NCBI GenBank assembly: GCA_037134095.1
Contig: JBAXMV010000001.1
Span: 1-37,676, forward strand
Source of the DNA: a bacterium
GTDB taxonomy: Bacteria > Patescibacteriota > Saccharimonadia > Saccharimonadales > UBA4665
Reading direction: 5' to 3'
DNA: 37,676 nucleotides
Both the position numbers and the translations under genes were made by a program. Below are positions 1 through 8,905 of the stretch, piece after piece (the stretch's first letter is position 1; each line of letters opens with the position of its first letter). The notes below the pieces were generated by a model, which was given only the letters and a program-made list of their open reading frames with translations, was not told the DNA's origin and made no database searches.

Positions 1-2
1 CG

Positions 3-689
3 GTTATTATATATAGCTGGATAATATACAACTGGCATGGCAAAAGAACAGCATTCTTATCATTTTTATTATTCACATGTTCAGCCTGGACACTGCACGT
101 ATCAAGATTAGCAAGCTATGACGTAATGTACGCTTTCACTGGCATTGCTTTAATAGGTCTTTATGTAATGCTGAAAAAGTACAAGACAAGCTACTCAGCA
201 CTGCTATTGAACGCTTTTGCTATATCTATGATTATTACCATTCCTGGGATGATATGGATAGCTATCACTACCATGATCCTAACAAGAGAAGAAATAAAAA
301 TAAACTGGAATCATATAAGTAAATTATGGAAAAAACTGCTAGTTATTATAGTTTGGTTCTCATCCTTGCCGCTCATTGTATATTCTATATTCAAATATGG
401 TGGATTCATTAAGTACGTAGGCTTACCCGAACATTTTGCTGGAGTTATTCAAACAATCAAAAATGTAGTAGGTGTTCCTGTGCATTTATTCGTACGTGGT
501 CCCCAAATGCCTGAAATATGGCTAGCTCAAGCAGCCATATTAGACATATTTGTACTCATAGCCTGCCTGGTAGGTATTTTATTCTACGTAACCCACAAGG
601 AAGCATCACGCTCTAGATTCCTATTAATAATATCCCTTGTATCCTTATTGCTGGTTATGCTGGGTGGAGCTGTGTCGATTAGCCATTAA
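3..689 (+). CDS. Polytopic membrane protein, 5'-truncated by the window edge (a GT-C-type glycosyltransferase C-terminal half is only a guess)
   Basis: The frame of the listed 126..689 ORF stays open back to base 3 (VIIYSWIIYNWHGKRTAFLSFLLF...). The product is a run of hydrophobic helices. No diagnostic family motif was recognised. Confidence 0.55.
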   Translation, partial: VIIYSWIIYNWHGKRTAFLSFLLFTCSAWTLHVSRLASYDVMYAFTGIALIGLYVMLKKYKTSYSALLLNAFAISMIITIPGMIWIAITTMILTREEIKINWNHISKLWKKLLVIIVWFSSLPLIVYSIFKYGGFIKYVGLPEHFAGVIQTIKNVVGVPVHLFVRGPQMPEIWLAQAAILDIFVLIACLVGILFYVTHKEASRSRFLLIISLVSLLLVMLGGAVSISH

Positions 690-904
690 TACCACTGCTT
701 TATGTCTATGCAGCTACAGGCATAGCTTATTTATCCAGAGAATGGCTAGTAACTTTCCCGGTTAACCCGTTCGCGAGAACCCTTGGTGTCAGCTTAATTT
801 CGATAGCAGTTGGACTGAGTTGTATTTACGGTATTAGGTCATACTTTGTAGCCTGGCCACACAACCAAATCACTACTATTACTTTTATATATAAAATTAA
901 ATAA
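683..904 (+). CDS. Out-of-frame (-1) C-terminal continuation of the preceding membrane protein (frameshift, pseudogene or sequencing error)
   Basis: My own translation from 683 gives 73 sense codons, PLIPLLYVYAATGIAYLSREWLVTFPVNPFARTLGVSLISIAVGLSCIYGIRSYFVAWPHNQITTITFIYKIK, then TAA at 902-904. It is hydrophobic and helix-like and has no ATG, so it is absent from the ORF track. This frame opens at 683 (TAG at 680-682), only 6 nt before the upstream ORF stops at 687-689. Confidence 0.5.
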   Translation, partial: PLIPLLYVYAATGIAYLSREWLVTFPVNPFARTLGVSLISIAVGLSCIYGIRSYFVAWPHNQITTITFIYKIK

Positions 905-959
905 CAGGTTATTTATATATCGAATAACTGATATACTATAGCTAATATAGGAGGACAAA

Positions 960-1253
960 ATGAGCAGATTCGACCAAGCAAAAATGCTTATGAAAGTTAA
1001 AAAGATTCAGAGTGAACTTCAAAAACAAATCATTACCATAGAAAAAGGTGATGGCGCTGTTAAAGTTGAAATTAACGGCGAACAAAAGATCAAAAAAATA
1101 CATATTGACCCAGACTATGTAGACCTCGAAGACATAGGAGAACTAGAACGATACATAGAAGATGCTGTTAAAGAAGCAATTTCTCAAAGTCAAAAAATTG
1201 CTGCCGAAAAAATGCAACCAATGATGGGTGCACTCGGCAATCTTGGATTATAG
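960..1253 (+). CDS. ybaB: YbaB/EbfC family nucleoid-associated DNA-binding protein
   Basis: The 97-aa size, the KxQxELxK...V.V.G.......I.P pattern and the conserved ybaB-recR gene pair all fit. A strong SD (AGGAGG, 949-954) lies 5 nt upstream of the ATG. Confidence 0.85.
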   Translation: MSRFDQAKMLMKVKKIQSELQKQIITIEKGDGAVKVEINGEQKIKKIHIDPDYVDLEDIGELERYIEDAVKEAISQSQKIAAEKMQPMMGALGNLGL

Positions 1254-1269
1254 ATAAAGGTTTCTGTTA

Positions 1270-1875
1270 ATGTCCATATTACCTAAGGCCCTTCAGGACC
1301 TAATTGAAGCATTTGGTAGTCTACCGGGAGTAGGCTCACGTACTGCTGAGCGTTATGCCTATTATCTGATCAAAAATAGCTCGGATAAAACTAGTAAGCT
1401 GTCTGATGCATTACTCAAATCAGTTGACGGCCTAGATTACTGCAAAGCTACATTTGCATTGGTTCCAAAAGGTGAAGAATATTCAGATCTGTACAAAGAC
1501 CCGAAAAGGAATAAAAAATTAATTGCCGTAGTTGCTGAACCCTTTGATATTGTAGCTTTAGAAAATACGGGTAAATTTGAAGGTACATACCACGTCCTAG
1601 GTGGCTTATTATCACCGATAGATGGTATCAATCCTTCGAAATTGCATATACCGGAGCTTATTAAAAGAGTTTCTGCAGATCAAGTAGAAGAATTAGTAAT
1701 AGCAACTAATGCCAGCGTAGAAGGTGAATCAACGGCTCTATATATAAAGCAGCAAATCAATAATCCGGATATCAAAATTAGCCGACTAGCGAGAGGGCTA
1801 TCTGTTGGCGTAGACTTAGAGTATGCTGACCAAGTAACTCTAGCTAGAGCATTAGAGGGAAGACAAACTATATAA
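1270..1875 (+). CDS. recR: Recombination protein RecR (zinc-finger Cys4 motif degenerate)
   Basis: It has the HhH motif LPGVGSRTAERYAYYL and Toprim motifs (IAVVAEPFDIVALE, ATNASVEGESTALYI), is 201 aa long, and sits in ybaB-recR synteny. Confidence 0.9.
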   Translation: MSILPKALQDLIEAFGSLPGVGSRTAERYAYYLIKNSSDKTSKLSDALLKSVDGLDYCKATFALVPKGEEYSDLYKDPKRNKKLIAVVAEPFDIVALENTGKFEGTYHVLGGLLSPIDGINPSKLHIPELIKRVSADQVEELVIATNASVEGESTALYIKQQINNPDIKISRLARGLSVGVDLEYADQVTLARALEGRQTI

Positions 1876-2873
1876 TGAACGACCAAAATACAGATAAATT
1901 GAACAGTATCATCGATTCGTCTAAAACCGTCTTAATTATGCAAGCTGATAACCCAGACTCTGATAGCCTAGGTTCTGCTGTTGCTCTTGAAAATATATTC
2001 GATAAATTGGGTATTGAAGCAATCCTTTACTGCGGAGTAGACATTCCCAACTACATAAAATATATAGACGGCTGGGATAGAGTGTCTAAGGATATTCCAA
2101 ACAATTTTGATGCGAGCATTTTAGTAGACGTATCAACAATGACCTTATTCGAAAAATTATCAGATACCGATATAAGGAAATTATCATCAAAACCCTCAAT
2201 TGTAATAGATCACCACACTGTATCATCTAATCCAGTCACATTTAGTGATCTGCAGATAATCGATAATACAAATGCGTCAACCGGACAGTTAATATATTCA
2301 ATTGGCAAAAAATTAAAATGGCCAATGGACAAGAAAGCACTCGAATTAATAGCAAATACAATACTAGGCGATACCCAAGGATTAACTAATGACCTGGCTA
2401 CTGCTGACACTTATAGAATAATGGCAGAACTTATTGAAGCTGGAGTTAATAGGCCTGAACTTGAAAACAAACGCAAAGAATTCAACAAAATGACTGAAGC
2501 AATTTTTGAATTCAAAGCAGATCTGATGAAAAAAACTCATTTTGCATATAACAACAAAATATCGCATGTCACGATTTCGCAATCAGAAATTAACCAATAT
2601 AGCCCTTCATATAATCCAAGCGCCCTGGTACTGCCAGAAATGCTTCAAACGGAAGATGTAGTAGTGGCTATAGCCTTCAAAGAATATGATGATGGCAGAA
2701 TAACGGCCGCTATTAGATGCAACCCTGGTGCTGCCATAGCCAATCAATTAGCTGATCATTTTGGCGGCGGAGGACACACCTATGCCAGTGGCTTTAAGGT
2801 TACTAATATAAATATAGATAATCTAAGAAAAGAATATTTAGATAAAGCTCAAGAATTACTGATAAAATTATAA
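1875..2873 (+). CDS. DHH/DHHA1 family phosphoesterase (NrnA-like oligoribonuclease/pAp phosphatase candidate)
   Basis: It carries DHH-family motifs DNPDSDSLGS and VIDHH plus the DHHA1 motif GGGGH near the C-terminus. Its start overlaps the recR stop by 1 nt (TAATG). Confidence 0.8.
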   Translation: MNDQNTDKLNSIIDSSKTVLIMQADNPDSDSLGSAVALENIFDKLGIEAILYCGVDIPNYIKYIDGWDRVSKDIPNNFDASILVDVSTMTLFEKLSDTDIRKLSSKPSIVIDHHTVSSNPVTFSDLQIIDNTNASTGQLIYSIGKKLKWPMDKKALELIANTILGDTQGLTNDLATADTYRIMAELIEAGVNRPELENKRKEFNKMTEAIFEFKADLMKKTHFAYNNKISHVTISQSEINQYSPSYNPSALVLPEMLQTEDVVVAIAFKEYDDGRITAAIRCNPGAAIANQLADHFGGGGHTYASGFKVTNINIDNLRKEYLDKAQELLIKL

Positions 2874-2883
2874 GATAATAAAT

Positions 2884-4290
2884 ATGAAAATACATAACAC
2901 CTTAACCAAACAAGTAGAAACTATAAAACCTATTGATTCTAAAAAATTAGGGATCTATAGTTGTGGACCGACAGTTTATAACAGAGTACATATAGGCAAT
3001 CTAAGTTCTTTTATATATGCTGATTTGATTAATCGAGTTGCTAGAGCGTCAGATTATAAGGTTAAACATGTAATGAACTTCACAGATATCGATGACAAAA
3101 CAATAAAACGCAGTAGTGAGCTATACCCTAATCTATCACCAGAAGAAGCTTTATTGAAACTCACTGAAGCAGAAATCAATCAATTTACTGAAGATGCACG
3201 AGACGTCGGCATCGACACATCTAAAATTGATTTCATCAAAGCAACAGCCAGCATAGATATAATGCAAAATATAATCCTAGAACTCATTGAGCATGAAGGT
3301 GCATATGTAGCTGACGATGGAGTATATTTCTCAATAGAAAACTACACTAAAAATGGTCACGTATATGGCCAATTATCGAATATTGATGCATCTTCAACTA
3401 GTAGCTCTAGGATCAATAATGATGAATACGATAAAGACAATATTCATGACTTCGCTTTATGGAAATTTAAAACAAGTAATGAACCTTCATGGGATTTCGA
3501 AATAAATGGCACAAACTATCCCGGCAGACCTGGCTGGCACATAGAGTGTTCGGCAATGAGCGTGTCTAGCCTAAACATGCCGTTTGACATACATACAGGC
3601 GGTATAGACCTGATATTTCCACATCACGAGAATGAGATTGCCCAAAGTACTGCAACCCAGGGAGACAAGCTAGCGAACTACTTCGTACATAATGAACATA
3701 TGCTCATAGATGGTCATAAAATGAGTAAATCATTGAATAATTTTTATACTTTAGCTGATATTGAATCAAAAAATATACAAAAAATGGCATTAAGAATGCT
3801 GGTTCTACAGGCCCATTATCGCACCCAAGCTCATTTCAGCTGGGAAAACCTATCTTCTGCTGAAAACAGATTGAAAAGTTACAGAGCAATGGCCGATCTA
3901 CGGTGGCAACCAACATCATCTAATAGCAAGATAACAGCTGAGCAAATTGAAGCCACATATAATAGTATGCTTGAATCCGCAAAAGAAGATTTAGATACTC
4001 CAAATGCTCTAGCGACACTTAGTCAATTCGAGAAAGAGGTATCGGCTGCTGGTATTCCTTCGCAATCAGTTGAATCATTCAAAGATTTTATTGTGAAGGT
4101 AGATAAACTCTTAGGCCTAAATATCAGCACAGATGATATTAATCAAAAAGCTAAGGATTTAATTGCAGAACGATTGTCGGCAAGAAGCAATGGTGATTAT
4201 AAAAAATCCGATGAATTGCGTCGTCAATTAGAGGAACAAGGTATTGGCGTAAGAGACCTCGCTGAAACTACTCTTTGGTATCACCTGTAG
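2884..4290 (+). CDS. cysS: Cysteine--tRNA ligase
   Basis: It has class I signatures HIGN ([13 protein letters not shown]) and KMSKS, the Zn/Cys-binding region WHIECSAM...HHENEIAQ, and is 468 aa long. Confidence 0.93.
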   Translation: MKIHNTLTKQVETIKPIDSKKLGIYSCGPTVYNRVHIGNLSSFIYADLINRVARASDYKVKHVMNFTDIDDKTIKRSSELYPNLSPEEALLKLTEAEINQFTEDARDVGIDTSKIDFIKATASIDIMQNIILELIEHEGAYVADDGVYFSIENYTKNGHVYGQLSNIDASSTSSSRINNDEYDKDNIHDFALWKFKTSNEPSWDFEINGTNYPGRPGWHIECSAMSVSSLNMPFDIHTGGIDLIFPHHENEIAQSTATQGDKLANYFVHNEHMLIDGHKMSKSLNNFYTLADIESKNIQKMALRMLVLQAHYRTQAHFSWENLSSAENRLKSYRAMADLRWQPTSSNSKITAEQIEATYNSMLESAKEDLDTPNALATLSQFEKEVSAAGIPSQSVESFKDFIVKVDKLLGLNISTDDINQKAKDLIAERLSARSNGDYKKSDELRRQLEEQGIGVRDLAETTLWYHL

Positions 4291-5389
4291 TACTAGCAAA
4301 CACCTGATTAGATATAATCTTTTTGGTACGCAAAAATTCTAAAAATAATATTCTAATACAACCGGCTACGGGAATAGCCACAATTCCACCAAACAGGCCA
4401 CCTAATCCTACTCCGATAATAATAGACATGAATACCAATAATGGGGACATGTTAGTAGAATTTGCTTGTATGCGCGGTTGGAACAAGATGTTTTCTATCT
4501 GCTGGTATGTAATATAATAAAGTAAAATTATGACAGCTGCTGCAGGAGAAGTGAACAAAGCTACTGTAGTAATGATTATAGCTCCGATTGTATGGCCAAC
4601 CATAGGGATTAAGCCGCATATAAAAACAACAAGCATCAAAGCCAAAGGATAGCTTATTCCAAGCAGTAATATGGCGGGCAGAATTAAAATCGCTGCAATA
4701 GCAGCCAGTATGACCTGTCCATTCACGAACCCTTTTATTACATTGTGCATATCTATAGTTACTCTATCGAAAGCAATTCTGTACTTATCTGGTGTAATGG
4801 ATTTAAAAAATTTGATCCAAAGCGGACCTTCTATCAGCATCATGAAAGTAAGAACCAGGATTGTTAACATTGAAAAAAGGCTTGAACCTATGCGGTTCAC
4901 GGCACTGAAAGCGGAACCTCCACCATTATTTATTTTTGCCGATAATTGACTAGAAAAAGAGTCTATTTGCTTCTCTAATTTATACTGCCTAATGAACTTA
5001 CCTGTAGAAGAATTTTGATCACGGAAATCTCTTACAAGTTGCGGGGCAGTATCAACTAGGCCTTTAGATTGTCGAATGAGTGGTGGCGTAAAGCTTGCAA
5101 TAAACAAGCCAAGAATAGAAACTACCGCCAAGAATGAAAGTGCAGTGCCTATGACTCGGCTGCCACGTTTCTTTCCTGGGATTTTAGAAGCTATATAATT
5201 TACGGGGCTATTTAGAGCTAGCGCAAGCAGTAAAGCAGTAAAAATTAACAATAATGCATGTGCAGATTTTTGAATTGCTATCAAAAATGCAAATGTACCA
5301 ATTATAAGAACCGCTAAACGAAAAAATGTTTGGGTAGAAATTGTTAGCGACACTTCCTGCGAAGCAGATGACTGAGTTTGCTTTGACAT
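4268..5389 (-). CDS. AI-2E family transporter (PerM/UPF0118-like permease)
   Basis: This 373-aa polytopic membrane protein has the typical AI-2E layout and the C-terminal GLGGLFGGIVAIPVAG segment. A paralogue lies at 27363..28433. Confidence 0.7.
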   Translation of the reverse strand: MSKQTQSSASQEVSLTISTQTFFRLAVLIIGTFAFLIAIQKSAHALLLIFTALLLALALNSPVNYIASKIPGKKRGSRVIGTALSFLAVVSILGLFIASFTPPLIRQSKGLVDTAPQLVRDFRDQNSSTGKFIRQYKLEKQIDSFSSQLSAKINNGGGSAFSAVNRIGSSLFSMLTILVLTFMMLIEGPLWIKFFKSITPDKYRIAFDRVTIDMHNVIKGFVNGQVILAAIAAILILPAILLLGISYPLALMLVVFICGLIPMVGHTIGAIIITTVALFTSPAAAVIILLYYITYQQIENILFQPRIQANSTNMSPLLVFMSIIIGVGLGGLFGGIVAIPVAGCIRILFLEFLRTKKIISNQVFASTTGDTKE

Positions 5390-5403
5390 ACTATTATTGT
5401 TTC

Positions 5404-6558
5404 TTATTTATGCTTTTTTAGCAATGTATTTTGATATATGTCCAGTATTTCGGGTCCGACTTTTTTGATATCGAATGTTTTAACATAATTTTCGCCCCAA
5501 TGGGCATAATTTTCACGCCTACTGTCATCTGTTAGTAATTCCTTCAAAGCATCGGCAAGAGCAATGCTATCTAGTGGGTCGAAAAGCATTTCAGGCTTAG
5601 CACCCAGAACCGACCGATAACCGGCATTATCCCCGGCTAAAATAGCAGATTTACCAGAAGCCATTGCTTCGATTAGTACTATGCCAAAACTTTCTCCGCC
5701 GGAACTCGGAAACACTGATATATCAGCAGATGCGTAATAAGATGGTTTATCCTCTTCACTAACATAACCCACGAATTCAACTACTTCTTCTAAGTCATTG
5801 CTTCTTACAAAATTTTTGAGTGAAGTATCTAGAAAACCTTTACCGCAAATTACTAGTTTAAAAGTAGGTACTTTATTGTCTTTATTTAGTAATTTGATTG
5901 CATCTAGAAGTATTTGACAACCTTTTCGAGGCACTAAGCGCCCCAAGAACAATATCGTTTTACTGTCATTCGATCGATATTTAGAAATCGGTTTAGCACT
6001 GTTAAACAAATCATAATCAACTACATTCGGGGATATTGCACAGCTAATGCCAAAAGTATTCTTGGCAAATTCCCGCGCCGCTTCGGAAACACACAAGAAT
6101 TGATCAAATTTTTTGAGTGAAGTACGAAGCCACAATCCCAGTATTTTATTGCTGTAATAGACCGTCTTACTGTTAGGTGCAATATGAAAAGAACCAATGA
6201 TTGCCGTATTTTTATATGCTAGATTAATCAGTTTACTAGACATAAATGGGCTATAAGGCATTTGCACATGCAGCACATCAAAATTCTCTTCATCTAAAAG
6301 TTTTTTAAGTTTGTTGTTAGATGTAGGCAAGGGCATAGTACCAACATTCCCATTAAATTTAACTTTAATGTTGCGAGACACACTGATTACATTCGCTATA
6401 TCCTTCCTATGCGTTTCGCCAACAATATATTTAACATCATGACCTTGATTACTCAGCCAGCCACCGATTGCTAAGATGTATTGCTGTACGCCATCCAACG
6501 AGTCCAGTCCATCATCCAGTACAAGTCCAATTTTGAGTTTTTTAGCGTTTGTGGTCAT
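5404..6558 (-). CDS. Glycosyltransferase family 4 (GT-B fold)
   Basis: It has the C-terminal E-x7-E region GGESFGIVLIEAMASG and an N-terminal GGV/Q-type sugar-binding start. It overlaps the upstream GT4 gene by 17 nt. Confidence 0.8.
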   Translation of the reverse strand: MTTNAKKLKIGLVLDDGLDSLDGVQQYILAIGGWLSNQGHDVKYIVGETHRKDIANVISVSRNIKVKFNGNVGTMPLPTSNNKLKKLLDEENFDVLHVQMPYSPFMSSKLINLAYKNTAIIGSFHIAPNSKTVYYSNKILGLWLRTSLKKFDQFLCVSEAAREFAKNTFGISCAISPNVVDYDLFNSAKPISKYRSNDSKTILFLGRLVPRKGCQILLDAIKLLNKDNKVPTFKLVICGKGFLDTSLKNFVRSNDLEEVVEFVGYVSEEDKPSYYASADISVFPSSGGESFGIVLIEAMASGKSAILAGDNAGYRSVLGAKPEMLFDPLDSIALADALKELLTDDSRRENYAHWGENYVKTFDIKKVGPEILDIYQNTLLKKHK

Positions 6559-7678
6559 GGTTTATAAGAGCTTTTTTATATAACTCTTCGTAGGTATCAA
6601 TAACGGTAGGATAATTAAACTGCAAAACGTAATCACTGGCCCATTGCTTCCATAGTTTTCGGAGATCATTATCATTCAACAGTAAGTCTAATCTACGTGA
6701 GAATTCTTCGGTACTATGTGGATCAACTATCGAGATTGCACCGGTGCCTTGCATTACATCGATATATCCTGAGTTATTTCCAGCAACTGTTACCGTACCA
6801 GTAGCTAGGGCTTCTAACAGTACAATTCCAAAGCTTTCTCCAAATACAGCAGGCGAACAGAATATATCGGCATCTGCAAGTAATTCAATCTTATGTTCTT
6901 CACTAATAAATCCAAGAAATTCTATATTCTCAATTTTGAGATCATCAGCAAGCATTTCTAGTTTTTCTCTATCTGGTCCATCACCTGCGATGAGGAGCTT
7001 TGTATTGGGATTACTGTCTTGAAGTAATGCAAAAGCTTTCAATAAGTACTTAACACCTTTTCGACGCTCTAAACGGCCTACATAAAGAATGGTTTTGTCG
7101 TCATCTTTGCTTTTTTCGGTTTGAACTTGATGTTTGTATTTGCCTAAATCTATTCCGTTGGGAATGATTGTTATTGGCATTTCAGTAAGATTAGATGCAT
7201 ATTCTGCACCCGAAGAAGAAACTGCCGTTAATACATCTAGATATTTCATGACTGATTTAAGGTAGGGACTCACCGCTTTAATCATAGATCTACTCATTAT
7301 TGATTCAGGTACTTTGGCGTGGAAAGTAGCTATGTTCACAGAATTAGAAAGCTGCAAAATCTGCCTACTCAAGAGCGGCACCCATGGCTCGTGGAAATGT
7401 AATACATCGAAGTTTTCTTCTTCGAGCATTTTCTGTATTATTTCTTCGTCGCCATTGGAAGATACTTGTGTAGTGGTGTGAGAAGGAGACCTAAAATCGG
7501 TGGAAACACCGACAAAAATAACACCGTCTATGTGAATTTGATCAGCCCCTCTGGGTTTAGGTGTAATGATGCGCACATCATGTCCACGAGATTCTAAACC
7601 GTTTTTGAGAGCCAAAATAACCTCTAGAACACCACCGTGTTTATTTATGTTATAAGGGCAAACTAATCCAATTTTCAT
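6542..7678 (-). CDS. Glycosyltransferase family 4 (GT-B fold)
   Basis: It has KIGLVCPYNINKHGGV at the N-terminus, GESFGIVLLEALATG (E-x7-E) and LYVGRLERRKG. It forms an operon with 5404..6558. Confidence 0.8.
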   Translation of the reverse strand: MKIGLVCPYNINKHGGVLEVILALKNGLESRGHDVRIITPKPRGADQIHIDGVIFVGVSTDFRSPSHTTTQVSSNGDEEIIQKMLEEENFDVLHFHEPWVPLLSRQILQLSNSVNIATFHAKVPESIMSRSMIKAVSPYLKSVMKYLDVLTAVSSSGAEYASNLTEMPITIIPNGIDLGKYKHQVQTEKSKDDDKTILYVGRLERRKGVKYLLKAFALLQDSNPNTKLLIAGDGPDREKLEMLADDLKIENIEFLGFISEEHKIELLADADIFCSPAVFGESFGIVLLEALATGTVTVAGNNSGYIDVMQGTGAISIVDPHSTEEFSRRLDLLLNDNDLRKLWKQWASDYVLQFNYPTVIDTYEELYKKALINHDHKR

Positions 7679-7696
7679 CTGTTTATTATACCATTG

Positions 7697-8632
7697 TTAC
7701 TTTCTTTCTTGAGCCAGTATTCTTCTAAGGCCTCTAGGGAGCATCACGCTAGCAGCTTTTTTGTCTGCCAATACACTTGGGGTGTGATTCTTACTGTCGG
7801 CGATATATTCTTTAAAATCTTTGTAGGCAATCTGCATGTGCTGTTTCACTATATTTGGATCAAAATAACTATCGCTGCCAGCTCGGACGTGTTTTATTGG
7901 TATATTTATCCGTGACTCGCAATTATTTAGTGAAAAAAATTGGCTGCAAGTAATCCAATGAGTCCGAATATCATTACTGCGCCAAGCCTTAATTTCATAA
8001 TCTAAAGTATTTGTAATTTCATCATCAGAAGCTTCTATAAATTTCTGCTTAGAGTTTGGCATATTTTTATACAAATAACTGATAATGAATTTACGTAACA
8101 CGAAATGTCTCACAAAGAATGAAATAAATTTAGTACCTAATATACGAGTAAGGACCAAGAATGTTTGGCGTCTACGCAGGGAATACACAAAATCGTCTTT
8201 ATGAGTAAAACCCATCAAACTAACAACTAGTTCTACCTTTTTTTCCAGATCAGGATATTTCTGTAGCATTCTAGTCACCACAACAAATCCAAACGATATG
8301 CCCACAATTGTAATTTTTTTACGTTTATAGGTCAGCTTGATATACGAAGCCAGATAATCGGCATATCCATCTATATCAATAGCCTTATTTATCTTGTCAA
8401 AACTATCCATGCCTCCAAACCCAGGCATATCAGGCATAGTAACGTTGCCGTATGTACGTAAGTTTTCTACCAAGCCCCACCACCGCTCAAGAGTTGCATG
8501 ATGACCATATATAAGTAAAATCTCACGCTTCTTTTTATTGGAAGAATTGGCTTTTAGCATACGGCCTTCAAGACCGTTTATATATAAAGGCAATATGTGG
8601 TCAGTAGGACTAGTTAGTATTTTTTTTGGCAT
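7697..8632 (-). CDS. Alpha/beta-fold hydrolase (unknown substrate)
   Basis: It has the oxyanion region LLIYGHH and the nucleophile elbow GISFG. It is collinear over its full length with the paralogue at 25730..26656. Confidence 0.7.
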   Translation of the reverse strand: MPKKILTSPTDHILPLYINGLEGRMLKANSSNKKKREILLIYGHHATLERWWGLVENLRTYGNVTMPDMPGFGGMDSFDKINKAIDIDGYADYLASYIKLTYKRKKITIVGISFGFVVVTRMLQKYPDLEKKVELVVSLMGFTHKDDFVYSLRRRQTFLVLTRILGTKFISFFVRHFVLRKFIISYLYKNMPNSKQKFIEASDDEITNTLDYEIKAWRSNDIRTHWITCSQFFSLNNCESRINIPIKHVRAGSDSYFDPNIVKQHMQIAYKDFKEYIADSKNHTPSVLADKKAASVMLPRGLRRILAQERK

Positions 8633-8723
8633 TATTAGGGCTGCAATGAATTTATATATATTTTAACATATAAATGTATGTTGGTCGATATCGTTAATAA
8701 AACTCATAAATCATAGAATTAAG

Positions 8724-8752
8724 TTGTTAAAATGCCCTAAATAATGTAAAAT
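8724..8752 (+). promoter_or_regulatory. Candidate sigma70-type promoter for tRNA-Gln (TTGTTA-17 nt-TAAAAT)
   Basis: The -35 TTGTTA is at 8724-8729 and the -10 TAAAAT at 8747-8752, with a 17-nt spacer. The -10 ends 13 nt upstream of the mature tRNA 5' end. Confidence 0.45.
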
Positions 8753-8765
8753 CAATCTGTTACGG

Positions 8766-8840
8766 TGGGGCGTGGCCAAGTGGTAAGGCACTGGTTTTTG
8801 GTACCAGCATTCGGGGGTTCGAATCCCTCCGCCCCAGCCA
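8766..8840 (+). tRNA. tRNA-Gln (anticodon UUG), CCA encoded
   Basis: I folded the cloverleaf by hand. The acceptor is TGGGGCG/CGCCCCA (U1:A72, discriminator G73, as in bacterial tRNA-Gln), with D arm GCCA-AGTGGTA-AGGC. The anticodon stem is CTGGT/ACCAG with loop TTTTGGT, the T arm is GGGGG-TTCGAAT-CCCTC, and the 3' CCA is encoded. Confidence 0.93.
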
Positions 8841-8841
8841 C

Positions 8842-8902
8842 GATTTGCACCTAACAAGAACCGATTGCATAATATGCTTACTCAATCTGTTAGGCACAAA
8901 TC
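8842..8902. repeat. Imperfect 15-bp inverted repeat (13/15) with a 31-nt spacer directly 3' of the tRNA
   Basis: GATTTGCACCTAACA (8842-8856) pairs with TGTTAGGCACAAATC (8888-8902), which differs from the reverse complement of the first arm at 2 adjacent positions. Confidence 0.6.
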
Positions 8903-8905
8903 TTA

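Noticed and set aside
683-689. Programmed -1 ribosomal frameshifting at the junction of the split membrane-protein gene
   Set aside because: There is no X_XXY_YYZ slippery heptamer and no obvious downstream stimulatory structure. A simple indel or an assembly error is more parsimonious.
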